Source of the DNA: Lama guanicoe
Lineage: Eukaryota
Assembly (NCBI GenBank): GCA_013239625.1
Contig: MU053376.1
Span: 2,282,507-2,346,506, forward strand
Length of the DNA: 64,000 nucleotides
Direction of reading: 5' to 3'
In this document: in pieces, positions 51,701 through 64,000 of the stretch
How the letters are laid out: each line of letters opens with the position of its first letter
How positions within the stretch are numbered: position 1 is the first letter of the stretch
The notes under the pieces: model-generated
Seen by the model: the letters and a program-made list of their open reading frames with translations, nothing else
Told to the model about the DNA's origin: nothing
The model's database searches: none
Translations under genes and position numbers: made by a program

Positions 51701-52519
51701 TGGGTTCTTTAGAAGAGACCTAGGGGGTAGGGGTGGGTGTGTGGCAATGGAAAGTTACCCAAAGTGATGGGGAAACCAGCTGGGGCACTTCTGTTTGGGG
51801 ATTTCCCTGGACCATGTATCATGACCTGTCCCAAGCCCCTTGGGCTTTATCAAGCTGTAATCCCACCACACTCTCTACTTTCTATACCTATTTCTGCCTT
51901 TTCTATACCTATTCTGCCCATACCTGTCTGAATTGGCAAAGGTGCTGTGGGATGGACAATGCTGGGAATCTCCGGGCAAAGGCCAGTGGGTGCATCTTTC
52001 AGGGTAGGATGAGGGGCCCCAAACCTTGTGCTCTGCTGATCACTCAAGGCCTCCCAAATCCCAGGCCCATCTCTCTGTGCCTACTGAAGCCATCCGCTCT
52101 GGACCAGGCCTCTTTCTCTGGGGGCTCTCTTCTCCCTGTGCAAACAGCTCAGACGTAGGGGCTGGTCTAGGTCCAGACCCAGGGATCCACTGAAGAATCT
52201 GAGAGAGTCACACCTGCTGCCAGGGCTGGTGCTATTCACTGAGCAGAGGTCTATTGTTAGAGGGGATGCGTGAGCGCTTTTCTATACCCAGCCCACCTCC
52301 TTGTCACATCTCGGTTTCTTTGCATCCAGCTGGGTTTATTACGTCACATATGCAGGCTGCCCTCTGCCCTGAGGCTCCTTTACAGGGACCAGTCCTGGAT
52401 GATGGTTGGTCAGGGGAGGGCTTGGAGTTTGCTCAGCCCTAGCTGACACACCTGGATTACACTCAGATCGGCAACCTCAAGAGCTTGGCTGACCCCTCCT
52501 ATTTGCCCTGTTTTCTTTC

Positions 52520-52920
52520 TTTTTAAAACTGACATGAGTTGGTTTGCAGTGTTGTACAGCACAGTGATTCAGTTACACACAAACACACACACACACACAT
52601 ATATATATATATTATTTTCCATATTCTTTTTTATTATAGGTTATTACAAGAGATTAAATATAGTTCTCTGTGCTATACATTAGGACCTTGTTGTTTCTCT
52701 ATTTTTTTCATTACTTTTTTTCCCTACTCAACTTCTTTTTCTGCTAACTTTTCTTTTTGGGGAGGAGGGATTAGGTTTATTTATTTATTTTTTGCATGGA
52801 AGTACGGGGGATTGAACCCAGGACCTCATGCATGCTAAGCACACGCCCTACCACTGAGCTCCACCCTTCCCCTTGCTTCTCTGTTTTATACATGGTAGTT
52901 TGTATCTGCTAATCCCTACC
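52520..52920 (-). mobile_element. L1 3'UTR fragment containing a (CA)/(TA) repeat and a nested SINE
   Basis: tgtacagcacagtgattcag...tgtgctatacattaggaccttgttgttt, resuming after the SINE at 52873. Confidence 0.75.
52750..52872 (-). mobile_element. tRNA-Ala-derived SINE nested in L1
   Basis: Same tRNA-like body and ttaggtttatttattta tail as the other copies. Confidence 0.85.
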
Positions 52921-53234
52921 ACCTGTTTTCTACTCTACCCAAGCCAACTCACCCATGGACTCTTCTCTGTACTTGAGGATCATAAAATGTAAAATGCTGG
53001 AACTATATATACAAGCCAGTTTACCTTCTTCCTTACTCTGTGGGTGGGGAGACAGACACAGCGCTTGGGAGTAATTTGCTGTGAGTCCATCTGGCCTCCA
53101 CACATGGATAACTGCGCACTTGCCTACCCCGGGATCAGAGCCCACCCTCGGGTTATTCCCCATAGCCCACTCTCGCTCTGTCAGTTGTGTCTGAATCAGT
53201 GCCTCCTTTCTCTGTATTCCTTCCACTATCAGTC

Positions 53235-53400
53235 TTAAAACTTACCTTCTCTGATTAATTTGGCCCGTTCTCCATCCTTTATTAAGCTATATGAATTTTC
53301 ATTTAGTATTGTTTTCCTCCATGAGCTCCTGCGGGATAATTTCAATATGTTCTTTATCATCCCCATTAGTCTGATAGCTCCTGGTGGGCGGAGACCAGTG
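53235..53400 (-). mobile_element. Possible ancient CR1/L3 LINE remnant
   Basis: Translation GMIKNILKLS...NSYSLIKDGERAKLI loosely resembles the CR1 ORF2 C-terminus; weak. Confidence 0.25.
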
Positions 53401-55797
53401 GATTGCTTACCCAACATTCTAGGGGTCCTTGAAGGACATCATTTTCTTCCTGTGGATCATTAGCCTTCATCCAGCTCAGGGCTACAAACCCAGGGATGCT
53501 CCCATCCAGGAGGTGGGAAGCACTGCCTGACGACCCAGGTCACAAGGACTCTGTGCTGAAGGTGAGGCTGGAGTAAGACTTCTAGGAAGAAGAACCTTCC
53601 CTGACTCCTGCACTGGGGTCAGCCTTCCAGGGTCATGGGCTACCCCCTGCAGTGTAGAGGCTTGATTGCTGGACAGGATGTGAACGTCCTTGATTTCTAC
53701 TCCATGATCAAGTTAAGTAACTTGTCTGTGGTCACACTGTGACACATTCATTGCCAAACCTGTTCCTTTTGTCAAGTCAGTCCTCCTTTGTACTTTCTTG
53801 CTCAACCCATGTAGCATTCTAGACTTCTCAGGCAGGAAGGGATTCCATGGTAGGGGCTGTGTGGGGTGGCGATCATGTTCTACATCCTCCTAAGCAGAAC
53901 ACATGGAAGCCAGGGGCACCGAAGCTTCCACTTTTAGCTGCGGCTACCCATTTCAGCATTCCACACCTTAGAAAGTTCTGCTGTTCTTGCAAACATCTAA
54001 ATTTCTGCTACTGTAATTTGATCCTGAATATCTCACTCTGTTTTTCCTGCCAATATGGAAATGGACAGGTATCTGTACTCACCTGCCTAAAAAAATACTA
54101 CTTGAAAAATTACCCTCCAAATTGATCAGCATCTTAGTTCCCTGATTTTTTTTTTTCCTTGCTCAGGGCCCAACCAAGCTTCTCACTGCCACTTCCAGAC
54201 CCACAAACACTGCCAAAGGGTGACGGCAGCTGGCCATTCCTGGTCGTCTCCCTTCAGGGATCTGGACTCTCTGGGACATGATGGGAGCCCAGAGAGTGTG
54301 CAGTTGTTTGCAGGAAGTACAACATTCTGGGATATTGGCTCTCACTCTTTCTCCAAGTGACATTGAGGTGATGCCATTTCTGCAGAGGTTTCAGATGAGA
54401 AACTTGGATGACATCAAGCCCAGTCTCTGATTTTAGAGACAAAAGGACTGCAACTCAGAGCTGGCTGGCGGCAGGGGTAGGGCCACAGACCTGACGGCTC
54501 GGGGCCCCCAGCACATGCTGTGTTCGGTTGTGTTGAGGTGGAGTTGAAGGAAGAAGCAGAATACACCTGCTGTAGGTTGTAGGGACAGGTAGCTTTCCCT
54601 GGACCCCTTGCTACTTACCCCTGCCTCCCTAACAGAGTCCTAGGCAGAGTCAAAGCCTCCATGGGGACAGCCCTAGCCTGTGTCCCCATCCAGAGAATGG
54701 TACTAGAGGGCCACAGGGCTTTGGTTCTACTTGTAGACATGCTTTTGCTTTTTCTTTTTCTAAAGCTTTGGCCCTGCTCTTAAGGGCGCCAGGCCTTATC
54801 TTGGTCAGCTGTGAAATGGGGAGAATCGTCGTAAGTTCCCTGTCCATTGCTCCAAAGCGGTAAATCCGAGAAATACTTTGAGTTCCTCAGAAAGAAGGGA
54901 GAAGGAAGTCTTCTCCAACAAGGGGTCATGATCCTTATGAAGGTGGGAGGGCCCAGAGCGTTAAAGTCCAACAGCTGTTGGCCTGCCGTGCTGACGAGTT
55001 CCGACGAGCGGGAGGCAACCTAATAAGCATTTATTGCGTTAGATATTTTTCTTGAATTATTTGCACAATAACTCTAAGGTGGGGGTTGGTGGGGGGGTGC
55101 TATTTTTATCTCAGCTTTACAGAGAAGAAACTGGAAGTCAGAGAGAAAGCTGAAATAAACTTGGCCCAAGATTACTCAGCCGAGAAGTGGCTGCGATTCA
55201 AGCCCAGGCAGCCGGACTCCAAGCTCACATTCTCAGCTCCACCGCGTCCCTAGACCGCGGCTCGAGGCAGCATTGCAAGAGGGATGGTGAGTTCCCTTTG
55301 CCCCCTGGACCGCCCCTACCTCCGCCACCCAAAGTAAGGGGCTGTGAGTCCTGGGAGCTGAGAAAGGGGGATGGTTTGTGAGTGATAGAAGTAAAGGGAT
55401 CAAGATGAAAAAGTCTGGCAACTGCTGGGTTAGAGGAGCTGTTAAAATGGGAGAAAAATGATTCATTTCCCTCCCTCTCCAGCTGCCTCGCTGGAGTTCT
55501 TCACCCGGTCACGTGCTTCCTCCAGGCACACCCCCTGCAGCCTGCAGGGCCCTGTCCAAGGGCCACCTCAACCCAGCCATCATCTGCCTGATGGGGGCGC
55601 TCCCATTTGTAGAACAGCAATCCTCTGGGGACTTCAGTTGGGATGGAAATGACGGGGACAGAGGAGAGGAAAGTGAAGTTTAAGTTCGAGCTCCCGTCAC
55701 CCCCAAAACAAAAGCTTTAGGGTCTCTCACTTGTACCAGCTCTTTCCAAAGCCCTGGATCCAGTTTTATATTAGTAATTACATACACATGCAGGCGC

Positions 55798-55798
55798 G

Positions 55799-55830
<32 letters not shown>
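55798..55830. repeat. Interrupted (CA)n microsatellite
   Basis: Direct read. Confidence 0.85.
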
Positions 55831-55831
<1 letters not shown>

Positions 55832-56250
55832 TTTTTCCTTAGCTCCCTCCAATTTTATGTTAGTACTTACATGTATATATCCATATATATCCATATATTA
55901 TATACATATATACATATATATATATATTTCCTTAGCTCCCTCCAATAGTATATTCCTCAGGCCCCCATCAAACCAGGTTGTGTCCCTCCCCCACCCGATC
56001 AACCAGATGTCACGGTCCCACAACCCTCCTGAGAAACACCACAGACTCCCTCTTTTCTTCGTGGAGCCCTCCCCTCCCACACAGTACAAGCTCTGACTGA
56101 AGGTGTGATTCACCTCTGGGTGGCAGGGCTTAATTTTTGTAAAGAGGTTGTTTTATATACATTTTTGCAGAACTCAGAGCCACCAGAGGGTGGGAGCTGA
56201 GTGTACTATCTTCGTAATGATGACTCTCTATGATTTTTATCCATCGATAG

Positions 56251-56389
56251 ATGCATGCTCTCGTAGGATTCCAAGAAGACACAGAGAGGGGGCATTGACC
56301 TATGAGTCTATGGGTCCCTCACCATTGACACACGTGGTTGAGTATTAGCATGCATGTGTGTAAGCACTTCTGAACTCGGCTCCATGGGG
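56251..56389 (+). other. IL19: Probable non-coding 5' exon of IL19
   Basis: AG acceptor at 56249-56250 and GTGAGT donor at 56390-56395. Colinear similarity to the human distal IL19 5' exon as recalled (AGGAnTCCAAGAA...CCnnACCAnTnACACAnGTG...TCCAnGGG), at the expected ~24 kb from the IL10 TSS. Confidence 0.55.
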
Positions 56390-57485
56390 GTGAGTCACTT
56401 CTGTTACAGGAAACTTGGATGTAGAGTCATTCTCTGGAAGGAAACAGAGGTACCCAGTTTATTCTGGGGATCTGTAAGACTGGGCTTCCAGATACCCACA
56501 AATCACCAGGACTGCCTTTGCCTGAGCCATGCCAAGTCCCTTGCTGCTAGGCTGCTGGCCAGGTTTAGAGGAGGAGGGTGGGCCCTGGCTTGGAGATGCT
56601 GAAGGGGAGTGCGGGGATGTGGAATGGAAATGAAGGTCAATAAGCCAGACCCTTGTACCCCTTCTCCGGTAGCCCCATCCTGACCACAGACAATTTCTTC
56701 ACACCTACAAGACCTTCCCAAAGTTTGCTGGCTGCAGTGATATAGTCCAGCTGAAGCAAAAATGGGGGGTGTTTATAGTAAGGAGCCTGAAGTGTCTCAG
56801 CACATTCATGAGCAGAAGATGCTGAGGGCTGGAACTAGGAGCTGAAGTCATCAGAAAACCAGGTGTCCACCCCTTGCTCTCTGAGGCCACACGGCCACTC
56901 TGTCCTGCTTTTCCTGGTGCCCCTGCATTTTGTTCTCTTCCCAGACCAGCTTTCGCTGCACTTTCGAGCAGTCTTCAAAAGGCCACAACTGCACAGCTCT
57001 GAAGGCTACTTGTCTTTAATTCAAGGGACCAGCAGAAATGGTTTCTATTTCCGATTCCTGGGTGACAAGAACAGCTCAGCAAGGGGCAGGTGGCCACCCT
57101 CCAATCAGCTACATCCATGGGACCAGGGTCCTGTGGCTGCCAGGGTCACACTGGGAAAACACAATAAATGGTTTCCCAAGTCAAACGGCTTGTCCTCCAT
57201 GAAGACCCCTGAGCAACCCTATGAGAGAGGTCTCTCCTCTCCTGACCGCCCGTAGCACTGTAGCTGCCCGCCTCCATGGCTCTTACTGCTTTCTACCTTG
57301 TGTGAGTATTGCTTTTACAAACGTCTTACCCTCACCCCACATATCTAAAAGCTTCTTGTTTATCTTCATGTGTCTCACAGCTTGTGTAAAAAAAACTGGG
57401 CATGTGCTCAATACATATTTAAAGTCATGATAATCCCCAAGGAAATGAATTTTTAAGAAACTCAAACAACTTGGCTAAGTCTTTT

Positions 57486-57619
57486 TTTTTTTTGTGGGGA
57501 GGGGGTAGGAGGTAATTAGGTTTATTAATTTATTTATTTTAATGGAGGTACTGGGGATTGAGCCCAGGGCCTCATGCATGCTATGCAAGCGTTCTACCAC
57601 TGAGCTATACCTTTCCCCC
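57486..57619 (-). mobile_element. tRNA-Ala-derived SINE
   Basis: A and B boxes, A-rich tail, TSD TTGGCnAAnTCTTTT at 57471-57485 and 57620-57634. Confidence 0.85.
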
Positions 57620-57674
57620 TTGGCCAAATCTTTTATTTCACCACATCGTCTTCTTGAGTTGCTTAAATTCAAAT

Positions 57675-58110
57675 AATTCAATCAAGTAATTAATTCAATG
57701 CATTTTTATTGAGTGCCTTCTATATACCAGTCACCATCCTGGCTGCACAGAGGCTTCCACACCAAATAAGAAGACAAAGACAATTCTTACCCCACTGAGC
57801 TTCGATCTGAGTGGTGGAGACCATCAACAAACAGTGTTTACTCTGAACTAGACTTTACGCTGGGTGCTAAGGCCAGAGATATGTGAGTCTCCGGCACTGC
57901 CCCAGAGCAGTCCACTGTCCTTGGGAGTCACAAATGAATCATCAGCTACGTTACTGCATGACAGGACAGTGCTATTAAAGGATGGAGAAGTGTGGTAGGA
58001 CTTCAAAGAGAGAGTGATTTACCATGTGGAGAAGAGGGAGGTTCCACTGAGAACTGTGTCACATGATTGAACTTGAAGAATGAGTAGGAGTTTGCTAGGG
58101 AGAGCGTGCA
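57675..58110 (-). mobile_element. L2 3' fragment
   Basis: attcaatgcatttttattgagtgccttctatatacc is the reverse L2 tail. Confidence 0.5.
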
Positions 58111-58117
58111 GTGAGTA

Positions 58118-58122
<5 letters not shown>

Positions 58123-58152
<30 letters not shown>
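58123..58152. repeat. (GT)n microsatellite
   Basis: Direct read. Confidence 0.9.
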
Positions 58153-58155
<3 letters not shown>

Positions 58156-59809
58156 GCGGCTTGGGGGCAGGGATGGTGATCAGCTCCTTCCAGACAGGCA
58201 CATGCAAAGGAGATTTTAAGCATTATGAAAAGGCTGCTTGTTCTGGAGTATGGTGAGATATTCAGGGTGTACAGAACACAAGGAAGATGGAGGGAAAGGA
58301 TGGTGTAGGGGGCCAGAGACCTTGCCTGACCTTGTGTGCCAAGCCATGGAGGTGACAGGTAAGTATCACCAGCCAGCTTCCTTGGCATCTGGAGGACAAT
58401 GATGCTGACTGCTTCAGGCATGGGAACCAGTGGAACCTGGAGACCAGAAACAACACTGTGCTAGGAACATATTCTAGCAGGCCCTATAATGAAGCATTGT
58501 CTTGGTGCTGGGGTTGTTGACCTCTGGCTTGCAGAGAGAGATGGCTGGATGATGAGATGAAAATTTCATCCCCGAATTGCAGTCTCCCAAAAAAAGCACC
58601 AAATCTTCCTACTATTATTCCCTCATGAGTTGAGAGGGACTTTTTAAATTTTGCAATTGAATTTCAAGAAATCAAAAGAAAAGTTGTTCATCTGTATTTT
58701 TTTTAAAAAAGGCCAGCAGAAAGGGGCCTCCATAGTCACAGTTCTGTCTCCCATGGCCCCTTAGCCAATGACATAATGAAGGCTAGACTTCTAGAGACTG
58801 CTCCTGTCCTGAGATGATGCTTCTTATAGGACCTCAGGTCTGCTCTCCACTGTCTCAATATGCTTGGGAAAGGTGGAATAGGGCCAAGTTCTTGGGACCT
58901 TTCCCTTGATGAAGTCAACATCTTTACACTCTGGTCTCCTTCGACCTTTCCAGCTCTGCCTCTGTTCCCTCCCAACTCCAGGTTAGCCTCCAGCCATGCT
59001 CCCCCCACCCAGCCTAACTCAGATGTTCAGGTCCCCAGGACTGTCTTAGACCATCTTTTCCCTCTTTGCTGCCCATCACACAACACACATCCTCCAGGTC
59101 AAACCCAAAGGTCCTTGTCTTTGTGATGGCTTCCCCAACCCATCTGACCCGAGAGCTCCTTCTTCTGCACTCTCCCAGTACTTTAGACGTACTTCTGTTA
59201 CCATTCTCACTCAATAGTATTACAGTTATTTGTTCTTATGTTAAGTCAACTGAATTTGTTGCACTCAGGGGCTAGACCTCAACCATCCCTGTATCCCTTG
59301 GCAGCGGTACCCGACATATGACAGACCCTCAATAAAGGCTCTATTTGTTAGTGAAGGGTGGTTTAGCTTGCCTGCTGGGGTTGGGTAGTATGACGACAAC
59401 TTTGGGGAGAATTCCAACAAGCAGAAAACGAGGAAAGGGCACTACAGATGGAAAAAGCAGAAGGAGCAAAGTCACCTAGAAGGAGCCATAGACAAACTGG
59501 GAGCCTGGAGGGGAGGGGAGGAGGGCAGGATGGTACAAAGTGCTGAGCGTGGTGCCGGGCTCTGTGCACATTGATGTACTAGACCTTTACAGAACCTTTG
59601 TGAGGGAAACTGAGGCACGCAAAAGTCAACTAGCTCATGAACTGGTGATAGACGTGGGACTAGACGAATTCTGTTAGACTCTGAAGCTCACAACTTACCG
59701 GAGCCTTAGGGAACAGGAAGTAATCCAGGTTGGCTGGAGCCTAGACTAAGTGATGAGGAACAAGAGGAGGAAAGTGTGGAAAGGTGCACATTTCAGAGAT
59801 ACATGATTT

Positions 59810-60030
59810 ATGATATTTAGAGTTTTTTGACTCCCTATCATGTGCCAAAACCTGTGCCAGGCACTTTAAATATGTTACCTCATTAAAACTACAGCAGTCC
59901 TGTGAGATGATCGCCTCCATTTTTCAGAGAAGGGAACTAAATCTCAGAGAGGCTCAATAATTTGCCCAAGGTCACACAGCCAATAAGTGATGGACCTGTG
60001 ACTAAATTCAGATATTTTGATTCCACAATC
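59810..60030. mobile_element. MIR element
   Basis: ccatttttcagagaagggaactaa...taatttgcccaaggtcacacagc core. Confidence 0.65.
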
Positions 60031-61407
60031 CAATGGGAAAGAACTTAAAGAGTGAGTCATCATTTAATACTTCAATTCTAAATGACATAATAGGAGTATG
60101 GATTTTTTTTTATTTTGGACATAGGCAAGTTCCAAGCCTGGGCTTCTCTTCCAACACTGTCCTTTTTTTCCCCTGTCCAGTTCTGCCCACTTGTCCTGAC
60201 TTATTGTTTGGTCCTCTCTGCCCCTATGGCTAGAGTTGGACCCTATGCAAGGTTAATTGCTAGCCTTAAAAAAAGACCAATCTTTAGACAGATTAGAACT
60301 TTTCTTGAGGAAAAGAATGGGAAGGAAGGTGGGGGTAATGTCAAAAAATAGGGGCTCTGGCCCAGATCTCAAGAAGAGTTGGAGTAATGGCCCTGGGAGG
60401 GCGGGGGAGATTGTTCCTGTTTTCATATACTTTTCCTTTTTAGGGATTTAGTCCTGAATGGGTGAAGTTCAAATTCAGCCTTGCTCAGAATTATCTGCTT
60501 GTTCAAAAGGCAGATTTCCTGGCCCTACCGCAGATATTCAGAAGGCTTTTTTGTGAAGCACAAGAGTCTGCCTTTTGAAACAAGCACACCAGAGATTCTA
60601 CAAATTGAGAACCTGGCTTTCTGCAACAGGTTACACCTAGGGGCTTTGGCTTTTAGTGCTGAGGGAACTTGAGGTGCCAGGAACTTGGGGCTGGATACCT
60701 TTCAGGTCCCTTCCCCAATCAGAAGTTTTGACCTGGAGGCGGTGTGTAGGAGTCCCCGTCTTTCGGAATTAGTGATGTGGTTAGAGATGCAACGTGACTC
60801 TCTGTGGATGGAGGAAGGTAGTCGGATGTGAGAGTCTCCCTCCGTGAGCTCATGTGCGTCATCTTAGTCACAGCTTATATCTTTACTCTCAAAAACAAGT
60901 CATTTTTGTTCCTGTCAGCATCTTGGTTGGCCCGCAACAGAGGGCAAGCTGAGATGGAGAGGCCCAGATACAGACTTCAGGTGATGCTTTAAGGCATGTC
61001 CGGGGTTGGGGAGAGCAGGAGGGTGTTAATCGACCAGCTTTAGGTGGTTCAAAAATATGATTTCACAAGGAAGGGTTTCGTACACATTACCAACAGTACA
61101 AATAGGAGAGGAAGGGTTAAATAGCCAGTGTACAAAATAGGACGCCCTCGCCCTACATGAAGTGAAAGGCTAGTTACAGACCCTGCCTGTGATGTTTACA
61201 GTGCCTGAAACTAACTTTGCATAATTATTTAAAAGACCTAAAAAAATAAAGCCTGGGGATCAATAAGAAAAAAAGAAAAAACAAACAAAAAAACCCAAAA
61301 CGAAACTTGAACCCAACAGAAAGAAACAAGGAAAGAAATAGGAGTAGGCAAATGATATGAGTGTGGAGCAAATAAACATGCTAGCTGCTCTCCACCCCAC
61401 TGGGAAT

Positions 61408-61701
61408 CGGGAATTGAGCCCCTGACTACGCCAAGCATGGGCGACAACGTGGAGAAACGGAAATTCTCGGGACTGCAGTCTGGAGGGCAAATGGGTACAA
61501 CCTGTGCGCTAAACCGGCAGCATCTCGCGAGGGGTCCAGGTTTCCTAAACCCGCCAGTGATCCCGCCGGGCACGCGCCCTAGACCCTCCCGCAAGTGCGC
61601 TGAAGGCTCAGCGCCGCCGGCATCAGGAAACTGGAGACAAGCGAAGTGTCCCTCAGCGGGGACTCACGGAGAAAGGGTGTGTATCCACCTGACCAGGGAC
61701 G
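61408..61701. promoter_or_regulatory. Small CpG-rich element
   Basis: About 24 CpGs in ~300 bp within CpG-poor flanks. Confidence 0.55.
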
Positions 61702-61992
61702 CTACAGAAGTTAGAACAAAGGGACTGGACTTCTGTGTATTGGTCACGGATAAATCTCAGAAATAAAGTCGAGTGAAAGAAGTTCAGGCTGCTGGGAGAG
61801 ATGCACGCAGGAAGTCATTTCTGTAACTTATAAAAACAAAAATCAGTACAATGTTGTATGAATGTGTGAGAAGGCGGGAGGCCAGGGAAGGACCCCACCA
61901 ATCTGTATGCGAGGATCCAGTCCGCATCTTAAAAGCACAGGATGTGAAGGGGACTTAGACTGTTTCTGTAACCTTAAAAAAAAATATTTCTT

Positions 61993-62099
61993 AAAAAAAA
62001 AAAAAAAGAAAGAAAGAAAGAAAGAAAGAAAGAAAAAGAAAAAGGAAGGAAGGAAAGAAAGGAAAAGAAAAAATCGAAATAAGAAAGAAAGAAAGGAAA
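61993..62099. repeat. Poly-A/(GAAA)n tract
   Basis: Direct read. Confidence 0.85.
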
Positions 62100-64000
62100 T
62101 ATGGCAAAATATTAATACCTGAATTGTGGGTACATTGTTGTTATATTTTTCTGTGTACTTTGCTCTCTTTATTTCAAAATAAAAAGAATGGTTTGGAAAC
62201 CTCATTGAAATGCTTCACGGACACATGGACACACGGACACACACAAAATGATTTCAGAAAACATAGCCAGAGGACGTAAGAGCTATCTGCTTGTATGAAT
62301 TTTAGGGACTATAGCATTTTTGGTTTTGTTTTTTGTTATCAGGAATAGAAGAAGCCAGAGCTCTCTAAGGAAGTACATTTCAACCTGGATGCACTTGCAA
62401 ACAATCTGAAGCTTTAAAAACTAGAGAGGTTCAGGTCTCACTCCAAATCTGCTAAATTCAGGCTTTCAGAGCTGGGAGGTAGGAGTCATACGGCTGTAGG
62501 ATGTGCCCTGGGGATTCTGGGGCAGCTGGTCTGGCAGAGATCCAGGGACTATCATTTGGAAGCCACCCCAGTAAGGCGAGAGGGAGAATCATTCCAGCTC
62601 CAACATTATAATGTCAACTCATCTTTTCTCTCCTTGCTCAATCTTTGTCTTTTACCTTCCATTCCCACCATAACATGGGGCAGGAGGCTCGGAAAAGCTT
62701 CACCTCTCATTTCTCTTCTAGGGCAGCACAGGGACCTATCTAGCTGTGTACAATCCAGAAGGGATTTATATATTGGAATCTAGTACGTTTATTAATTTGC
62801 ATTGTATTTAAGTACAGGTTGCTTGCCATTTACGCCCACCTGCTGAGTTTGCAGATGACAGTTGCAGGATGTGGGCTCCCAGACCCTGGAAGTCATGGAA
62901 CCAAGTTGGAGCAATCTGTCCAAGTCATGGATTAGAGGCCCTGGCACTGGGAGAGTTGGGGCCAATGAACTCTGAAGTCCTTTCCAACACAACATTCCAT
63001 GGCTTCGGTGTTAACCATTTCAACTGGTTCTTTTCTAGATTTTCATCTGTTTTCTAAACCTCCATAGATTGGTTGGAATCATGTGGGTAGTGAGAAGCTG
63101 AAAGTGACTAGAGAGGGAAGGAGTTAGGGTGCATGAAGTCTTCCCAAGTGTGCATCATTTGAGTCATAGGTTGCATCTTTATTCTCAATAACAAGCTTTT
63201 ATTGATGTCAGCATCTTTCCAGGCACAATGCAAGCTCAAATAGGAGATTTATTATTTAAAAGTGTTCCTGACTAGAGACACCTGACGTAAGACCCAGGAA
63301 TCAAACAAGAGCGCAAACCACCAAAGAAACCTCCTCACCCAAGCTCCTTGACTGCTTTCTACACCTTCATTTGAGGGTGGAGGAGGAGAAGATGTGCTGG
63401 GGGTTTTTCAACCTAAAATTCTCTCTCTTTTTTTTTTGACCCAGAAATTCCATTACATCATAGGGGAATTAGCTGTGCCCTTGAAGGAATGAACGGGTAC
63501 TGACTGCTGTGGGTGGAATGATCTGAAAACCAAAGGAATGCTCTTTGGAAGAAGATTTCATCAGCCCCCGTCCTTTCCAAATCATACAACTTCAAAGTTC
63601 CACTCCATCCTGGACTCATCTGTGGACACTGTACTGATCATTCAAGCCCTATCTAATGTCCCCTACCCACACCTGGCTCTGATTCTAGAATACATCTGTA
63701 TCTGTACAATTCATTCAGCTTTTAATCATGTATCTATTTCTGATAGCTCTTAATTAGCTGTCTTAGATTGTCATTTATCCTTTTATGCTAGTTTACATTT
63801 TCCAGGATGCTGTGAGCAAATTAATGCATTTACATAATTCATTTACATGTCCAACACATGACTGTTGAGTACCAACTTACGCCAGCCATTGTTCTAGGTC
63901 CTGGGAGATCTATCTATCTATCTATATTTCAGATGGTAGGCACTACAAAGACAAGTGAAGTTAAATAATATGATAAGGGAAATCATTGATCAGGAAAATG

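Noticed and set aside
56400..64000. IL19 coding exons
   Set aside because: No IL-10-family coding signature found; they are expected beyond the window end.

Overview
Mammalian genomic DNA, most likely camelid (judged from the tRNA-Ala-derived SINEs and the IL-10 protein), covering the MAPKAPK2-IL10-IL19 syntenic block. The only protein-coding gene with coding sequence here is a complete five-exon IL10 on the minus strand (CDS 32727..29014, 537 nt, 178 aa, all introns GT-AG), with TATA box, AU-rich 3'UTR and polyA signal. The first ~1.16 kb look like the 3'UTR end of the convergent MAPKAPK2. A probable non-coding 5' exon of IL19 lies at ~56251-56389 (+), and a matching + strand splice donor sits just past IL10 exon 3, suggesting an IL19 transcript that starts antisense inside IL10. 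The rest is intergenic: candidate IL10 enhancers (NF-kB at -4.6 kb, AICE/NFAT at -10 kb, AP-1/RUNX at +5.8 kb, intronic STAT sites) and many repeats. Notable repeats are a GAS-bearing MER41-like LTR, a TSD-flanked L1 5'+3' fusion, a twin-primed L1, an LTR-terminated retrocopy and a templated 42-bp L1 junction. Almost all ORFs in the supplied track are spurious. Comparisons with human or mouse sequences and repeat family names are from memory and need database confirmation.
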